From: Bacillota bacterium
Lineage (GTDB): Bacteria; Bacillota; Dethiobacteria; DTU022; PWGO01
Length of the DNA: 64,000 nt
Direction: 5' to 3'
Assembly (NCBI GenBank): GCA_012518215.1
Contig: JAAYSV010000049.1
Coordinates: 61,025 to 125,024, forward strand
Shown: one piece after another, positions 35,706-44,381 of the stretch
How positions within the stretch are numbered: position 1 is the first letter of the stretch
Layout: each line of letters opens with the position of its first letter
Program-made: the position numbers and the translations under genes
The notes under the pieces: model-generated
The model's database searches: none
What the model saw: only the letters and a program-made list of their open reading frames with translations
What the model was told of the DNA's origin: nothing

Positions 35706-38150
35706 TTACTCCGGTTGCAAGGTTACAACCCTGGTTGCTTTTTCCGTAACTTCCTCCTTCTCGAAGCACATCCGCTTGTATTCGCCGGCCAGCCACATAT
35801 CCAGCAGGTCATCATAATGTTCACTGCGAATATGGCCGGAGTTGCCAATCGCAAGCATATCATAGGCCTCGTGGTTTGACATGTCGATGAGATAGCGATA
35901 GGGAGCCCCCAGCATCACATCGAAGGGTATTTCAGGAGTAGGCAAACTTCCCATCGCACAGGGAGTGGAAATGTTTCCTCCCACGTTGAATGGGCCGCGG
36001 TCATACCTTTTGGGGTTGACCTCGGCACCAATATAGTGGTTGAAGGTATGCTGATGAATTTTGCCCCATTCCCAGGAAGACACCTCCGAGCCGACGTTGG
36101 CAGAAAGGTCTGCCACCGTTTCAGCAAATACTTCCCTTACCGTGTCATCAAAATCCCCGCTGATCCAGGCCGAACTGCCGGTCCTGATGTTGCGATCCAG
36201 GACATTGATAATACTCTTGTAGCTGAACGCTTGATCTTCAAGTTCCGCCGGCAGCTGATCCAGATAAACGTTTTTGATAAACAGGGAGTAGAACCTCCAG
36301 AAAATAGCAGCACCGACCGAATCTGCCTCGTCCAGCGGATTTTTCGCCCATGTTTTCAATGTCTGCAGGGCCTGAAGCTCTTTCTCATCCAGTTCCGATT
36401 CTTTTCTTTCCAGCGAGGCGATTATTTCCTGTGCCAATTTGCCCCCCATATCATTGTAGTAACTGGTCTGGACCGCCTTCATGTCATCCAATGTCAGTTT
36501 GTTCCCGCTGTCAACACGTTCTCTCAGTTGCTTGGTGATCCCGATAGCCCGGGAAGGATGTGTCCATTCATAGGAAATGAAGTAAGGATAGTCATCCTCG
36601 ACGACCCGGTGATTGGCGGTAACGATCATCCCCGAAGGAGGATTGTAGAGGTAGGGAATATCATCCATATCGACAAATCCGGTCCACTCATATTCACTGC
36701 TCCACCCCGGCACGGGTAGAAGCCCGTTGCCTTCCTGTTCATGCTTGGACGAACGGATGGGAAATTTGCCATTTCCCAGATAACCGATATTCCCCTCCGT
36801 ATCGGCATAAACAAAATTCTGGGCAGGGGTCCAGAAACTCCTGGTGGCCGCCCTGAACTCTTCAAAATTTTTCGCCCGGATCATCTCTACAAGAGCATCG
36901 GCTTTGGGGGTAGCATCGAGGCCGATCCAACGCAGGCTCAGGGGAGTATCCATTCCCACAGCATCAGATATAACCGGACCATGCCTGGTCACGATAATCT
37001 CCAGCTCGATGTCCTCCTGCCCCCTCACCTTCACCGTCTCTTCTATTACCTCTGCATCGATCCATTCCCCGTCAAACAAATATTTGTGAGGATCATTTTC
37101 ATGGAATTTTATTTCATAGAGATCCATCACGTCAGGATCCAGGTTGGTTTCTGCCCAGGCGATGTGCTCGTTGTATCCGGCAATAACCCCCGGAACCCCG
37201 GGGAACATTACCCCGGAAACATTCAATTCACCGGGAATGATGAGGTGGTTCATGAACCAGATAGCAGGCAAATCCAGGGTCAGGTGCATATCACTGGCCA
37301 GCAATGCACCGCCGCTCTCGGTCAAATCCCCGCTGACCACCCAGTTGTTGGAACCGATCCCGCTAACTGCCTCTCCGAAACCGGTCTGGCAGGAAAGTTC
37401 TATCAGCCTGGCTGCGCCCGCAATATCCCTGTCCGTGGCGTTGGTTACAATGGTTGGCCCGTATTCGGCATAGCCCGGGAGAATATCCTTGAATTTATCA
37501 CTGTCCACGCCGATTTTGGATCCCAGGGCATACAGGAACAGCTCCGTCTCCATGTTGCCTCCCAGCGACCAGGCGATCATCTTCCCTATAGCCAGGGAAT
37601 CAACGGGAGTCCATTCATCGGGAACATAATCAAAAAGGACAAATTCAGGGGGAAGATTATCGATATTGTCTTCAATATAGGCATTGACGCCGGCAGCAAA
37701 ACCATCCAGCATCAGCCTGGTTTCTTCAGAAATAACACCCATGTTGGCCTCGGCCGCCCGACGATAGCCAACGGTACGGTTGAAAACATCCTGTTCGACA
37801 GTACTTTCTCTTTTGCCCCCCACGATCTCCGACAGCGTGCCGGATATAACCCGGCGGAAAAGATCCATCTGGAAAAGACGGTCATTGGCCTGTGCGTATC
37901 CCTGGGCAAAGGCCACGTCCCACTCGCTTTCTGCATAGATATGCGGCACTCCATATTCATCATAATATATGGTAACCGGTTTCTCTACACCGGTGGTAAG
38001 TACAGTGCCACTGTAGACGGGCAAGCCGCTTTTCTGTTGAAAAAACCATTTTATCCAGTCAACAACACCTGTTTCCTCCGGTGAACAACCCCCTGCCATG
38101 ACCGTCAACAAGAACAGCATGGTTATTGCGAACACACTCAGCTTTTTCAA
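35706..38150 (-). CDS. Penicillin acylase / acyl-homoserine-lactone acylase family Ntn hydrolase, lipoprotein
   Basis: 814-aa ORF with a signal peptide and lipobox (LTVMAGGC). The beta-subunit N-terminal nucleophile context is GIGSNNWVVSG. Confidence 0.8.
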   Translation of the reverse strand: MKKLSVFAITMLFLLTVMAGGCSPEETGVVDWIKWFFQQKSGLPVYSGTVLTTGVEKPVTIYYDEYGVPHIYAESEWDVAFAQGYAQANDRLFQMDLFRRVISGTLSEIVGGKRESTVEQDVFNRTVGYRRAAEANMGVISEETRLMLDGFAAGVNAYIEDNIDNLPPEFVLFDYVPDEWTPVDSLAIGKMIAWSLGGNMETELFLYALGSKIGVDSDKFKDILPGYAEYGPTIVTNATDRDIAGAARLIELSCQTGFGEAVSGIGSNNWVVSGDLTESGGALLASDMHLTLDLPAIWFMNHLIIPGELNVSGVMFPGVPGVIAGYNEHIAWAETNLDPDVMDLYEIKFHENDPHKYLFDGEWIDAEVIEETVKVRGQEDIELEIIVTRHGPVISDAVGMDTPLSLRWIGLDATPKADALVEMIRAKNFEEFRAATRSFWTPAQNFVYADTEGNIGYLGNGKFPIRSSKHEQEGNGLLPVPGWSSEYEWTGFVDMDDIPYLYNPPSGMIVTANHRVVEDDYPYFISYEWTHPSRAIGITKQLRERVDSGNKLTLDDMKAVQTSYYNDMGGKLAQEIIASLERKESELDEKELQALQTLKTWAKNPLDEADSVGAAIFWRFYSLFIKNVYLDQLPAELEDQAFSYKSIINVLDRNIRTGSSAWISGDFDDTVREVFAETVADLSANVGSEVSSWEWGKIHQHTFNHYIGAEVNPKRYDRGPFNVGGNISTPCAMGSLPTPEIPFDVMLGAPYRYLIDMSNHEAYDMLAIGNSGHIRSEHYDDLLDMWLAGEYKRMCFEKEEVTEKATRVVTLQPE

Positions 38151-38322
38151 TAAAATCTCTCCCTTTTGTAAAATTTCATGAACCTTCCTGATCGTGAAAA
38201 TATTGTAACATGTACCATCATATTTGTGAAGTTTTTAAAAATACCATTGGCTATTTGAAAGAACAGACGCTTCAAGTTGCCGGGAAAAAATATATTTGTT
38301 GTCACACTTTCAGGACCCCGTG

Positions 38323-38330
38323 CATATACT
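38323..38330 (+). promoter_or_regulatory. Possible mother-cell (sigma-E/sigma-K type) -10 element upstream of sigK
   Basis: CATATACT resembles the CATAcanT consensus. It lies about 57 nt upstream of the sigK start. The -35 is unclear. Confidence 0.25.
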
Positions 38331-38386
38331 TTTAAGGTGCGGATTTTTAAAGGGATAAACCGCCAGTGAGACGGGGAGGGTTGCAT

Positions 38387-39064
38387 GTGTTCCTGTTCAC
38401 CCTTGCAGCTCTGGCAGAAGAGCTGTTTTTGCTGATCGGCTATTATGCCCACAATTCCTTTCCCCAGCCTTTGGCCACGGATGATGAAAGGAAATACCTT
38501 CTCAAAATGGCCGAAGGCGACATGGAGGCGAGGAATGTCCTTATTGAACATAACCTCAGGCTGGTCGCTCACATCATCAAAAAATTTGAAACTACCATTG
38601 ACAAGGAAGACCTTATTTCCATCGGCACGATCGGGCTGATAAAAGGAATCAATACATTTGACATCAACTGCGGGACCCGTCTGGCCACCTATGCAGCCCG
38701 TTGTATCGAGAACGAGATATTGATGTACTTCCGCTCCCTTTCCAGGAAAAGGGCCGAAGTCTCGTTGCAGGAACCATTGGGTTTTGACAATGATGGCAAC
38801 GAGATCAAATTTGAAGACATACTCAGCTACGAGGATTCGGTCCTGAAGGAAGTTGAGGCGAATATTCTCTCCGAAAGGATCATCGCCGCCATAGACAAAA
38901 AATTGCACGGTAAAGAGAAACAGGTACTGGCCATGCGATTTGGCCTCTCTGGCAGGAAACGGCGCACGCAGAAAGAAATTGCCAGAATGCTCGGCATCTC
39001 CCGTTCATATGTATCCAGAATCGAAAAGAAGGCGATCCAGAAGATTGCCCGCGATTTCAGATGA
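38387..39064 (+). CDS. sigK: Sporulation sigma factor SigK (pro-sigma-K), uninterrupted
   Basis: NSFPQPLATDDERKYLLKMAEGDMEARNVLIEHNLRLVAHIIKKFE closely parallels B. subtilis SigK. The hydrophobic pro-sequence is MFLFTLAALAEELFLLIGYYAH. GTG 38387 has GGAGGG 6 nt upstream. Confidence 0.9.
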   Translation: MFLFTLAALAEELFLLIGYYAHNSFPQPLATDDERKYLLKMAEGDMEARNVLIEHNLRLVAHIIKKFETTIDKEDLISIGTIGLIKGINTFDINCGTRLATYAARCIENEILMYFRSLSRKRAEVSLQEPLGFDNDGNEIKFEDILSYEDSVLKEVEANILSERIIAAIDKKLHGKEKQVLAMRFGLSGRKRRTQKEIARMLGISRSYVSRIEKKAIQKIARDFR

Positions 39065-39072
39065 TGGCAGCT

Positions 39073-40722
39073 TTATCTGATGGCTCTCACAGCCCTCCCG
39101 GCAATGCTCCGAAAGATTTCGGCAGCACCAAGATCCCCCCTTTCCTCCATGAAAACAACTACCACGACCCTGGAATTCTCCAGTGGTGCCATTCCAACAA
39201 ACCAATGGTTGAGCACCTCACGCCCTTCACGCCGTCTCCCGCTTTGCGCCGTCCCCGTCTTCCCCCCCACCATGTACTTCGGATTGGCAGCACCCTTGCC
39301 AGTCCCGTACGTGGTAACGCTGTTCAGAACATATTTGAGCTTGTTGACGGTGGAATAACTCAGCACCCTCGTTCCCCTGTCATGGGGAAAACGCTTGACC
39401 GTCCGATGGTGACAATCCGTGATACTGTCAACCAGGCGCGGCTTGACCTTTTTCCCGTCATTGGCAATGATGGCTATCAGCTGTGCTGCCTGGATCGGGG
39501 TGATCTGCACGAGCCCTTGCCCGATGGATGTATTGGCCAGGGCTATTTGTGTTTCGATCTTCCCGGCGGATGGTATGTACCCGGCATCTTCTCCCAGCGG
39601 CAGCCCGGCCACCTCGCCCAGCCCCAGGATTCGAGCGTACCGTTCGATCATTTCTGCCCCCAGTTCCTGGCCAAGGTGAATAAAGGTACTATTGCACGAA
39701 TAGGCAAAAGCATCTGTAAATGTAAGTTCAGCATGCGGGTGTACATGTGGACAGGGTATATTGCCCTCCGACAATTCAACCGAACCGTGGCAAGAGTATT
39801 CTTTGAACAGGGAAGTCAGGCCCTCTTCAAAAGCAGCGGCGGAAAGAACAATTTTGAAAATGGATCCTGGCTGGTAAGAGATCGTCGCCCGATTGTTGAA
39901 CGGCCCATCCTTGCGGCCAAGGTAATCCTCCACCCGCCCCGGTTGGTAATTGGGCCTGCTGGCCAGAGCCAGTATATCACCGTTGGAGGGATTCATCACC
40001 ACCACGGCACCCTGTCTGATATGGGCATCCATGATTCTTTCCACATATTCCTGCAGGTCGTGATCTATGGTCAGAACCACGTTGTACGGTTGATGTTGTC
40101 CGGAAGAGCCCCCCCGCATTCTTATACCCAGCCCTTCGATAAGGTTCTCCCTCCCATCGACAAAGGCGGAAAGAATCGGTGGCTGTGCGCTCGTAAGCTC
40201 GGCATCGTAAAAAAGTTCTATACCTTTCTGCCCTTTTCCATCGCTGTTACGAATATGTCCCACCACATGTGCAGCCAGCACCTGGGGGCTGTACCTTCCC
40301 TGCACACCAACCTTTACCACCCCCGGGATGGAGGTATCGGGTTTGAAAGCCAGTGTTCCCCTCTCCCCCCTTTCCACAATAAATGGGAATCGGCTATGCG
40401 GCGGAGACATTATTTTATCCATGAAATATTTCGAAGTCGAACCTCGGGCGAGAAGATCTTCTTTACCGTGGTAAATCGAAGGGAAAGCAACGATGGCTTC
40501 CTCCCGGATCCCGTTGATAAGGGATATTCCGTTCCGGTCCTGTATATCACCCCGCCCATGCCCCAGGATGATGCTCTGGCTACGCTGCCGCACTGCCCAT
40601 CTGGTCAATTCCTCGGCATTGATGATCTGTATGAAAGTCAATCTTGTTACCAGTAATGAAAATAATAGTGACATGGTCAATAGCAGAAATACAAGACGCC
40701 GCCACTGATTGGAATTTCTCAA
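39073..40722 (-). CDS. Class B penicillin-binding protein (SpoVD/FtsI/PBP2 family transpeptidase, no PASTA domain)
   Basis: Has an N-terminal TM segment and the motifs SxxK (GSIFKIV), SxN (YSCNST) and KTG (GKTGTA). Confidence 0.85.
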   Translation of the reverse strand: MRNSNQWRRLVFLLLTMSLLFSLLVTRLTFIQIINAEELTRWAVRQRSQSIILGHGRGDIQDRNGISLINGIREEAIVAFPSIYHGKEDLLARGSTSKYFMDKIMSPPHSRFPFIVERGERGTLAFKPDTSIPGVVKVGVQGRYSPQVLAAHVVGHIRNSDGKGQKGIELFYDAELTSAQPPILSAFVDGRENLIEGLGIRMRGGSSGQHQPYNVVLTIDHDLQEYVERIMDAHIRQGAVVVMNPSNGDILALASRPNYQPGRVEDYLGRKDGPFNNRATISYQPGSIFKIVLSAAAFEEGLTSLFKEYSCHGSVELSEGNIPCPHVHPHAELTFTDAFAYSCNSTFIHLGQELGAEMIERYARILGLGEVAGLPLGEDAGYIPSAGKIETQIALANTSIGQGLVQITPIQAAQLIAIIANDGKKVKPRLVDSITDCHHRTVKRFPHDRGTRVLSYSTVNKLKYVLNSVTTYGTGKGAANPKYMVGGKTGTAQSGRRREGREVLNHWFVGMAPLENSRVVVVVFMEERGDLGAAEIFRSIAGRAVRAIR

Positions 40723-40819
40723 AATAAAAACCCCCTGAAGTCATTTTCGACCCGGGAGGCTGCAAATATACCTCTGAAAGTATATTGACCGACAGTCCTC
40801 GATTTCCTGTTTCAGTATG

Positions 40820-42127
40820 TTATGTTGCAGGCAGGTATTTTCGCAATATATCCAGGGGGGCCAGTTTCTCCCCGGGGACAGGGATATGCAGTTGCTGCCG
40901 GGGATGGGGCGCTGCATCCAACTCATTTCCGGACAGATCAAAGATCTTCTCTACCTTGAACCTGTAAGGCTTTCCGCTTGGCCCGAAGGCTTCCAGCTCC
41001 TCCCCCCTTAGAAAATGATTGCGCTGCTCCACGAAGGCCATCCCTTCTTTCCGATCATATCCGCGGACAACAGCGGCCAGGGTACAGCGTTGACGATACC
41101 TCTCCTTGCTGGTGGGATCAACCTGTTCGGGGCGGCCAAAATAAAATCCGGTGTGGTAAGGGCGGTGGCTCACCTTGGTCAATTCCTCCTTCCAGTCCAG
41201 ATCGGAAGTTGGCCCTTCCGACCGATTCAGGTATTGATCGATAGCCTCGCGGTATACCCTGGTGACGGTGGCCACATAGTGTACCCCCTTCATCCGCCCC
41301 TCGATCTTGAAACCATCGATGCCGGCATCGACAAGTTCGGGAATATGTTCGATCATGTTGAGATCCCTGGAACTGAGGATGTAACTCCCACACCCTTCTT
41401 CCGCGATCAGGAGGGGGTCATCCAGCCTGTTCTCCTCCGCAAGAATGTAATTCCAGCGACAGGGCTGCGTACATTCACCTCGGTTGGCTCCCCGTCCGGT
41501 AAAATATGAACTCAAAATGCATCGCCCCGAGTAGGCCAGGCACATCGCCCCATGCACAAAAACCTCCAGTTCCACATCCACTTTTTTTCTGATCTCCCGG
41601 ATTTCTTCCAGGCTCAGTTCACGTGCCAGAATGAGGCGCCGACATCCCCTCTCCTTCCAGAAACGAGCGCTTTCCCGGTTGGTAACTCCCGCCTGTGTGC
41701 TGAGGTGAACAGGTACCTGCGGGGCAATCCTTTGTGCCAGTTGTAGAATACCTGGATCGGAGATGATCAGTGCATCCACACCCAGGCTGGCCATCCTTTC
41801 AATACAGGTAACAGCCTCTTCCAGATGGTGGTTATGGGCGAAAATATTCAGAGCAACATAGACTTTCACCCCTGCTCGATGTGCTACCTGCACACAATCC
41901 TCCAGTTCTTTTACAGAAAAACCGGGGACATAGGCACGGAGGTTGAGATCGGCCCCCCCGACATAAACCGCATCGGCACCATAGTGAACGGCCATGTACA
42001 GCCTCTCCAGATCCCCGGCCGGGACAACCAGCTCGGGGTGAGAAATGATTACCTTTTTATCGCCAGCGACATCCATAACGTTTGAATCCCATTCCTCCCC
42101 GGGAAAGAAAGGCCCCATCATTCTCAA
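40820..42127 (-). CDS. Peptidase U32 family protein
   Basis: 435-aa ORF with a U32 pattern (PELVVPAG...GADAVYVGG...R; E..VHGAMC..YSGRC). The true start may be the internal MDVAG (42076). Confidence 0.8.
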   Translation of the reverse strand: MRMMGPFFPGEEWDSNVMDVAGDKKVIISHPELVVPAGDLERLYMAVHYGADAVYVGGADLNLRAYVPGFSVKELEDCVQVAHRAGVKVYVALNIFAHNHHLEEAVTCIERMASLGVDALIISDPGILQLAQRIAPQVPVHLSTQAGVTNRESARFWKERGCRRLILARELSLEEIREIRKKVDVELEVFVHGAMCLAYSGRCILSSYFTGRGANRGECTQPCRWNYILAEENRLDDPLLIAEEGCGSYILSSRDLNMIEHIPELVDAGIDGFKIEGRMKGVHYVATVTRVYREAIDQYLNRSEGPTSDLDWKEELTKVSHRPYHTGFYFGRPEQVDPTSKERYRQRCTLAAVVRGYDRKEGMAFVEQRNHFLRGEELEAFGPSGKPYRFKVEKIFDLSGNELDAAPHPRQQLHIPVPGEKLAPLDILRKYLPAT

Positions 42128-42160
42128 GAACAGGGCGGCCCGGATAGCTGTTGCCCGTGT

Positions 42161-42188
42161 AAAAAAAACCGGCTTTCAATACGGTTTT
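42161..42188 (-). terminator. Weak candidate terminator after the DUF1292 gene
   Basis: On the minus strand the sequence is AAAACCG-(10 nt)-CGGTTTT followed by TTTT. The stem is AU-rich. Confidence 0.3.
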
Positions 42189-42219
42189 CCGCTTCCTTTC
42201 CTCCTTGAAACAAACCTGC

Positions 42220-42528
42220 TCAGCCGTCCGGCCCCTCGTCTTCCTGTTCACGGGCAAGGACAAGTTCTTCCCACTTTTCGGCTGCCAGGTTCCATTCTTC
42301 CTCATCCTCCACCTCTTCAAAATAATGCTCGTCGCCCTTCTCCCTTACACGGAAAATATAGGCGTCTTCACCCTCCACTTCTCCCACTTCATCATCCTCA
42401 CCGTTGAATGTAAGTGGTACCAGGATGGCATATTCGATTTCTTCAACCGGAAATATTTCCACTACCAGGAAACGGTGTTCCACCCCATCCTCATCGATCA
42501 AAATGGCCAGATCCTCTTTTTCTTCCAT
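42220..42528 (-). CDS. DUF1292 domain protein
   Basis: 102-aa acidic ORF. LIDEDGVEHRFLVVEIFPVEEIEYAILVP is typical of DUF1292, and the gene lies next to ruvX as in many Firmicutes. Confidence 0.75.
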   Translation of the reverse strand: MEEKEDLAILIDEDGVEHRFLVVEIFPVEEIEYAILVPLTFNGEDDEVGEVEGEDAYIFRVREKGDEHYFEEVEDEEEWNLAAEKWEELVLAREQEDEGPDG

Positions 42529-42633
42529 CGAGATTCAACACCTTTCTTTTATTTGCGCTAATGTGAGATGTAAACAAGCCCGGGAATGACCCGTTCTTTT
42601 CTAGTATGATGGTCTTTTCTCTTGAAATTTATG

Positions 42634-43065
42634 TTATTTTTCCGTCGCCAAACGGGCATCCAGGTAGGATTGAAGGATGATCGTCGCCGCAACCTTGTCG
42701 ATCTTCCTCCTGCGCAAATCACGTTTCATATCGGCTTCGATCAAAACTTTTTCTGCAAAGACAGTTGAAAGCCGCTCGTCCCAGAGATGTACGGTCTGAC
42801 CAAATTCCCGGACCAACTTCTCCTTGAATCTTTCGGCCTCAAGTGCCGCCGGGCCAATACTCCCATTCATATTGACCGGATAGCCCAGCACTACCTCGCG
42901 GACACGGTAACGTTCGAACAGGACCGCCAGTTGCTGCAAATCTTTCTTTATTCCCGAGCGCTCGATGACCGTTATCGGCTGTGCAGTAACCTTGAGGGGA
43001 TCGCTGACTGCTACCCCTATCCTTTTTTTTCCCAGATCCAATCCCATTATTCTTTTTTCAGACAT
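42634..43065 (-). CDS. ruvX: Holliday junction resolvase-like nuclease RuvX (YqgF)
   Basis: The N-terminus is IMGLDLGKKRIGVAVSD, and the ORF is 143 aa. Confidence 0.9.
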   Translation of the reverse strand: MSEKRIMGLDLGKKRIGVAVSDPLKVTAQPITVIERSGIKKDLQQLAVLFERYRVREVVLGYPVNMNGSIGPAALEAERFKEKLVREFGQTVHLWDERLSTVFAEKVLIEADMKRDLRRRKIDKVAATIILQSYLDARLATEK

Positions 43066-44029
43066 CTCCGGATCCCGCCTTGTTGATAATTCTCAGGCAT
43101 AGCAAGGGGCAAGCCGCCCCGCAGTACCCACACAAGATGCATCTCCGCTCGTCCACGACCGGGCCTCCATCCCAGAACAATGCATCCTGGGGGCATGCCT
43201 CGATACAACGCTTGCAGGCGCTGCATTCCTCGCTCATGTGTTGCAGTACCCGTTCCTGCTTTCCGATCTTCTCCCTCACGGATGCGGGTACCTTCCGCCC
43301 CCGAAATGTATGCAAGGCAAAATCCACTTCTGCAGCACTGCTCATCCCCACAGCAATCGCATCGATACTCGGCTGCCTGCGCAGATAATCAAACGCTTCA
43401 TCGGCACGGGAATGCAGATGCCCTCCCCCCAACGGTTTCATCGTGTAGATGCCGATGCCGCGTGAATGTGCCCTTTCGATAGCTTTCAGCATTTCTTCCC
43501 TGGTACCATCTTTTATACCCAGACCTTCCATATTGAAGAGGGGATGAATGACCTGGATTTCTTCAAAATCCGGCGCTGCCACCACAGCCTCGATTGTATG
43601 GCATGAAATCCCCACGGCCCCGATCAGGTTTTCTTTGCGGGCCTCCGCCAGGTAGCGTAATGCAGGCCGATGCCCCTCCAGGGTCAGGCGTGACTCCTGT
43701 TCATGGATGAGGAATATATCGATCCGCCTCCTTCCCAGTTCACGAAGGGCTTTCTTCAGGCTGGCCGCTGCCTGTTCGGAAGTGTAAGCATAGGACTTGG
43801 TGGCCACAATCACCTCACCTGGATATTGATGCAGCGCTGCCGCGATATGTTGATATGTGCCGTACAATTCGGCAGTATCAATAAAATTTACGCCGCCCTC
43901 CAGAGCGCGGCGTACAAGGGATGCTCCCGCATCCACGTTCAGATTGGCCTGCAACGGCCCCATGGTCAACGCACCAAAACACAATCGGGATACCGTCAGT
44001 CCACTTTCACCCAATTTGCGATATTCCAT
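43058..44029 (-). CDS. Aldo/keto reductase with a C-terminal 2x[4Fe-4S] ferredoxin-like domain
   Basis: The AKR N-terminus is YRKLGESGLTVSRLCFG...IDTAELYG. The C-terminus has CSACKRCIEACP and CILCGYCGAACP. Confidence 0.8.
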   Translation of the reverse strand: MEYRKLGESGLTVSRLCFGALTMGPLQANLNVDAGASLVRRALEGGVNFIDTAELYGTYQHIAAALHQYPGEVIVATKSYAYTSEQAAASLKKALRELGRRRIDIFLIHEQESRLTLEGHRPALRYLAEARKENLIGAVGISCHTIEAVVAAPDFEEIQVIHPLFNMEGLGIKDGTREEMLKAIERAHSRGIGIYTMKPLGGGHLHSRADEAFDYLRRQPSIDAIAVGMSSAAEVDFALHTFRGRKVPASVREKIGKQERVLQHMSEECSACKRCIEACPQDALFWDGGPVVDERRCILCGYCGAACPLLCLRIINKAGSGDV

Positions 44030-44066
44030 CTTGCTATGAACCTATCCTCACCCAACAGTTTAACGA

Positions 44067-44348
44067 TCATTCGGTATCATCATGAAGGTCCGTTCTGTTT
44101 ACATAACTACGCACCAATTCTTCTATCAATTCATCCCTCTCAACCTTCTTGATCAGGCTGCGTACATTTTTGTGACTGGTAATATATGCAGGTTCACCTG
44201 ACAACAGGTATCCAACCAACTGATTCAAGGGGTTGTACCCCTTTTCCTTGAGAGCCTGATAAACTTCAAGAATAATACGCTGGGCTTCGTTCACTCCTTC
44301 TTCTTTTTTGATTGGAAAACTCACGGTATGTTCCATCTTCTCGTTCAA
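44067..44348 (-). CDS. IreB family regulatory phosphoprotein (UPF0297/DUF965)
   Basis: 93-aa [33 protein letters not shown] is the family signature. It lies directly downstream of alaS. Confidence 0.85.
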   Translation of the reverse strand: MNEKMEHTVSFPIKKEEGVNEAQRIILEVYQALKEKGYNPLNQLVGYLLSGEPAYITSHKNVRSLIKKVERDELIEELVRSYVNRTDLHDDTE

Positions 44349-44381
44349 GGTTCCCCCCCCCCTCGCCCGATTTTTCCATAT

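Noticed and set aside
36741-38084. 447-aa plus-strand ORF
   Set aside because: It is antisense to the penicillin-acylase-family gene, has no motifs and an implausible composition. Shadow ORF.
38147-38908. 253-aa minus-strand ORF overlapping sigK
   Set aside because: The plus-strand frame encodes an unmistakable SigK. The minus frame has no SD or motifs and would run straight out of the acylase start region.
38387-39064. A skin-like intervening element or truncation in sigK
   Set aside because: Regions 1.2 through 4.2 are continuous in one frame (232-codon track ORF), so the gene is intact.
39061-40656. 531-aa plus-strand ORF
   Set aside because: It lies exactly antisense to the PBP gene, which has SxxK/SxN/KTG motifs. 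Its own sequence is low-complexity (P/G/R/H-rich) with no SD. It is a shadow ORF that stays open because the sense codon bias avoids TTA/CTA/TCA.
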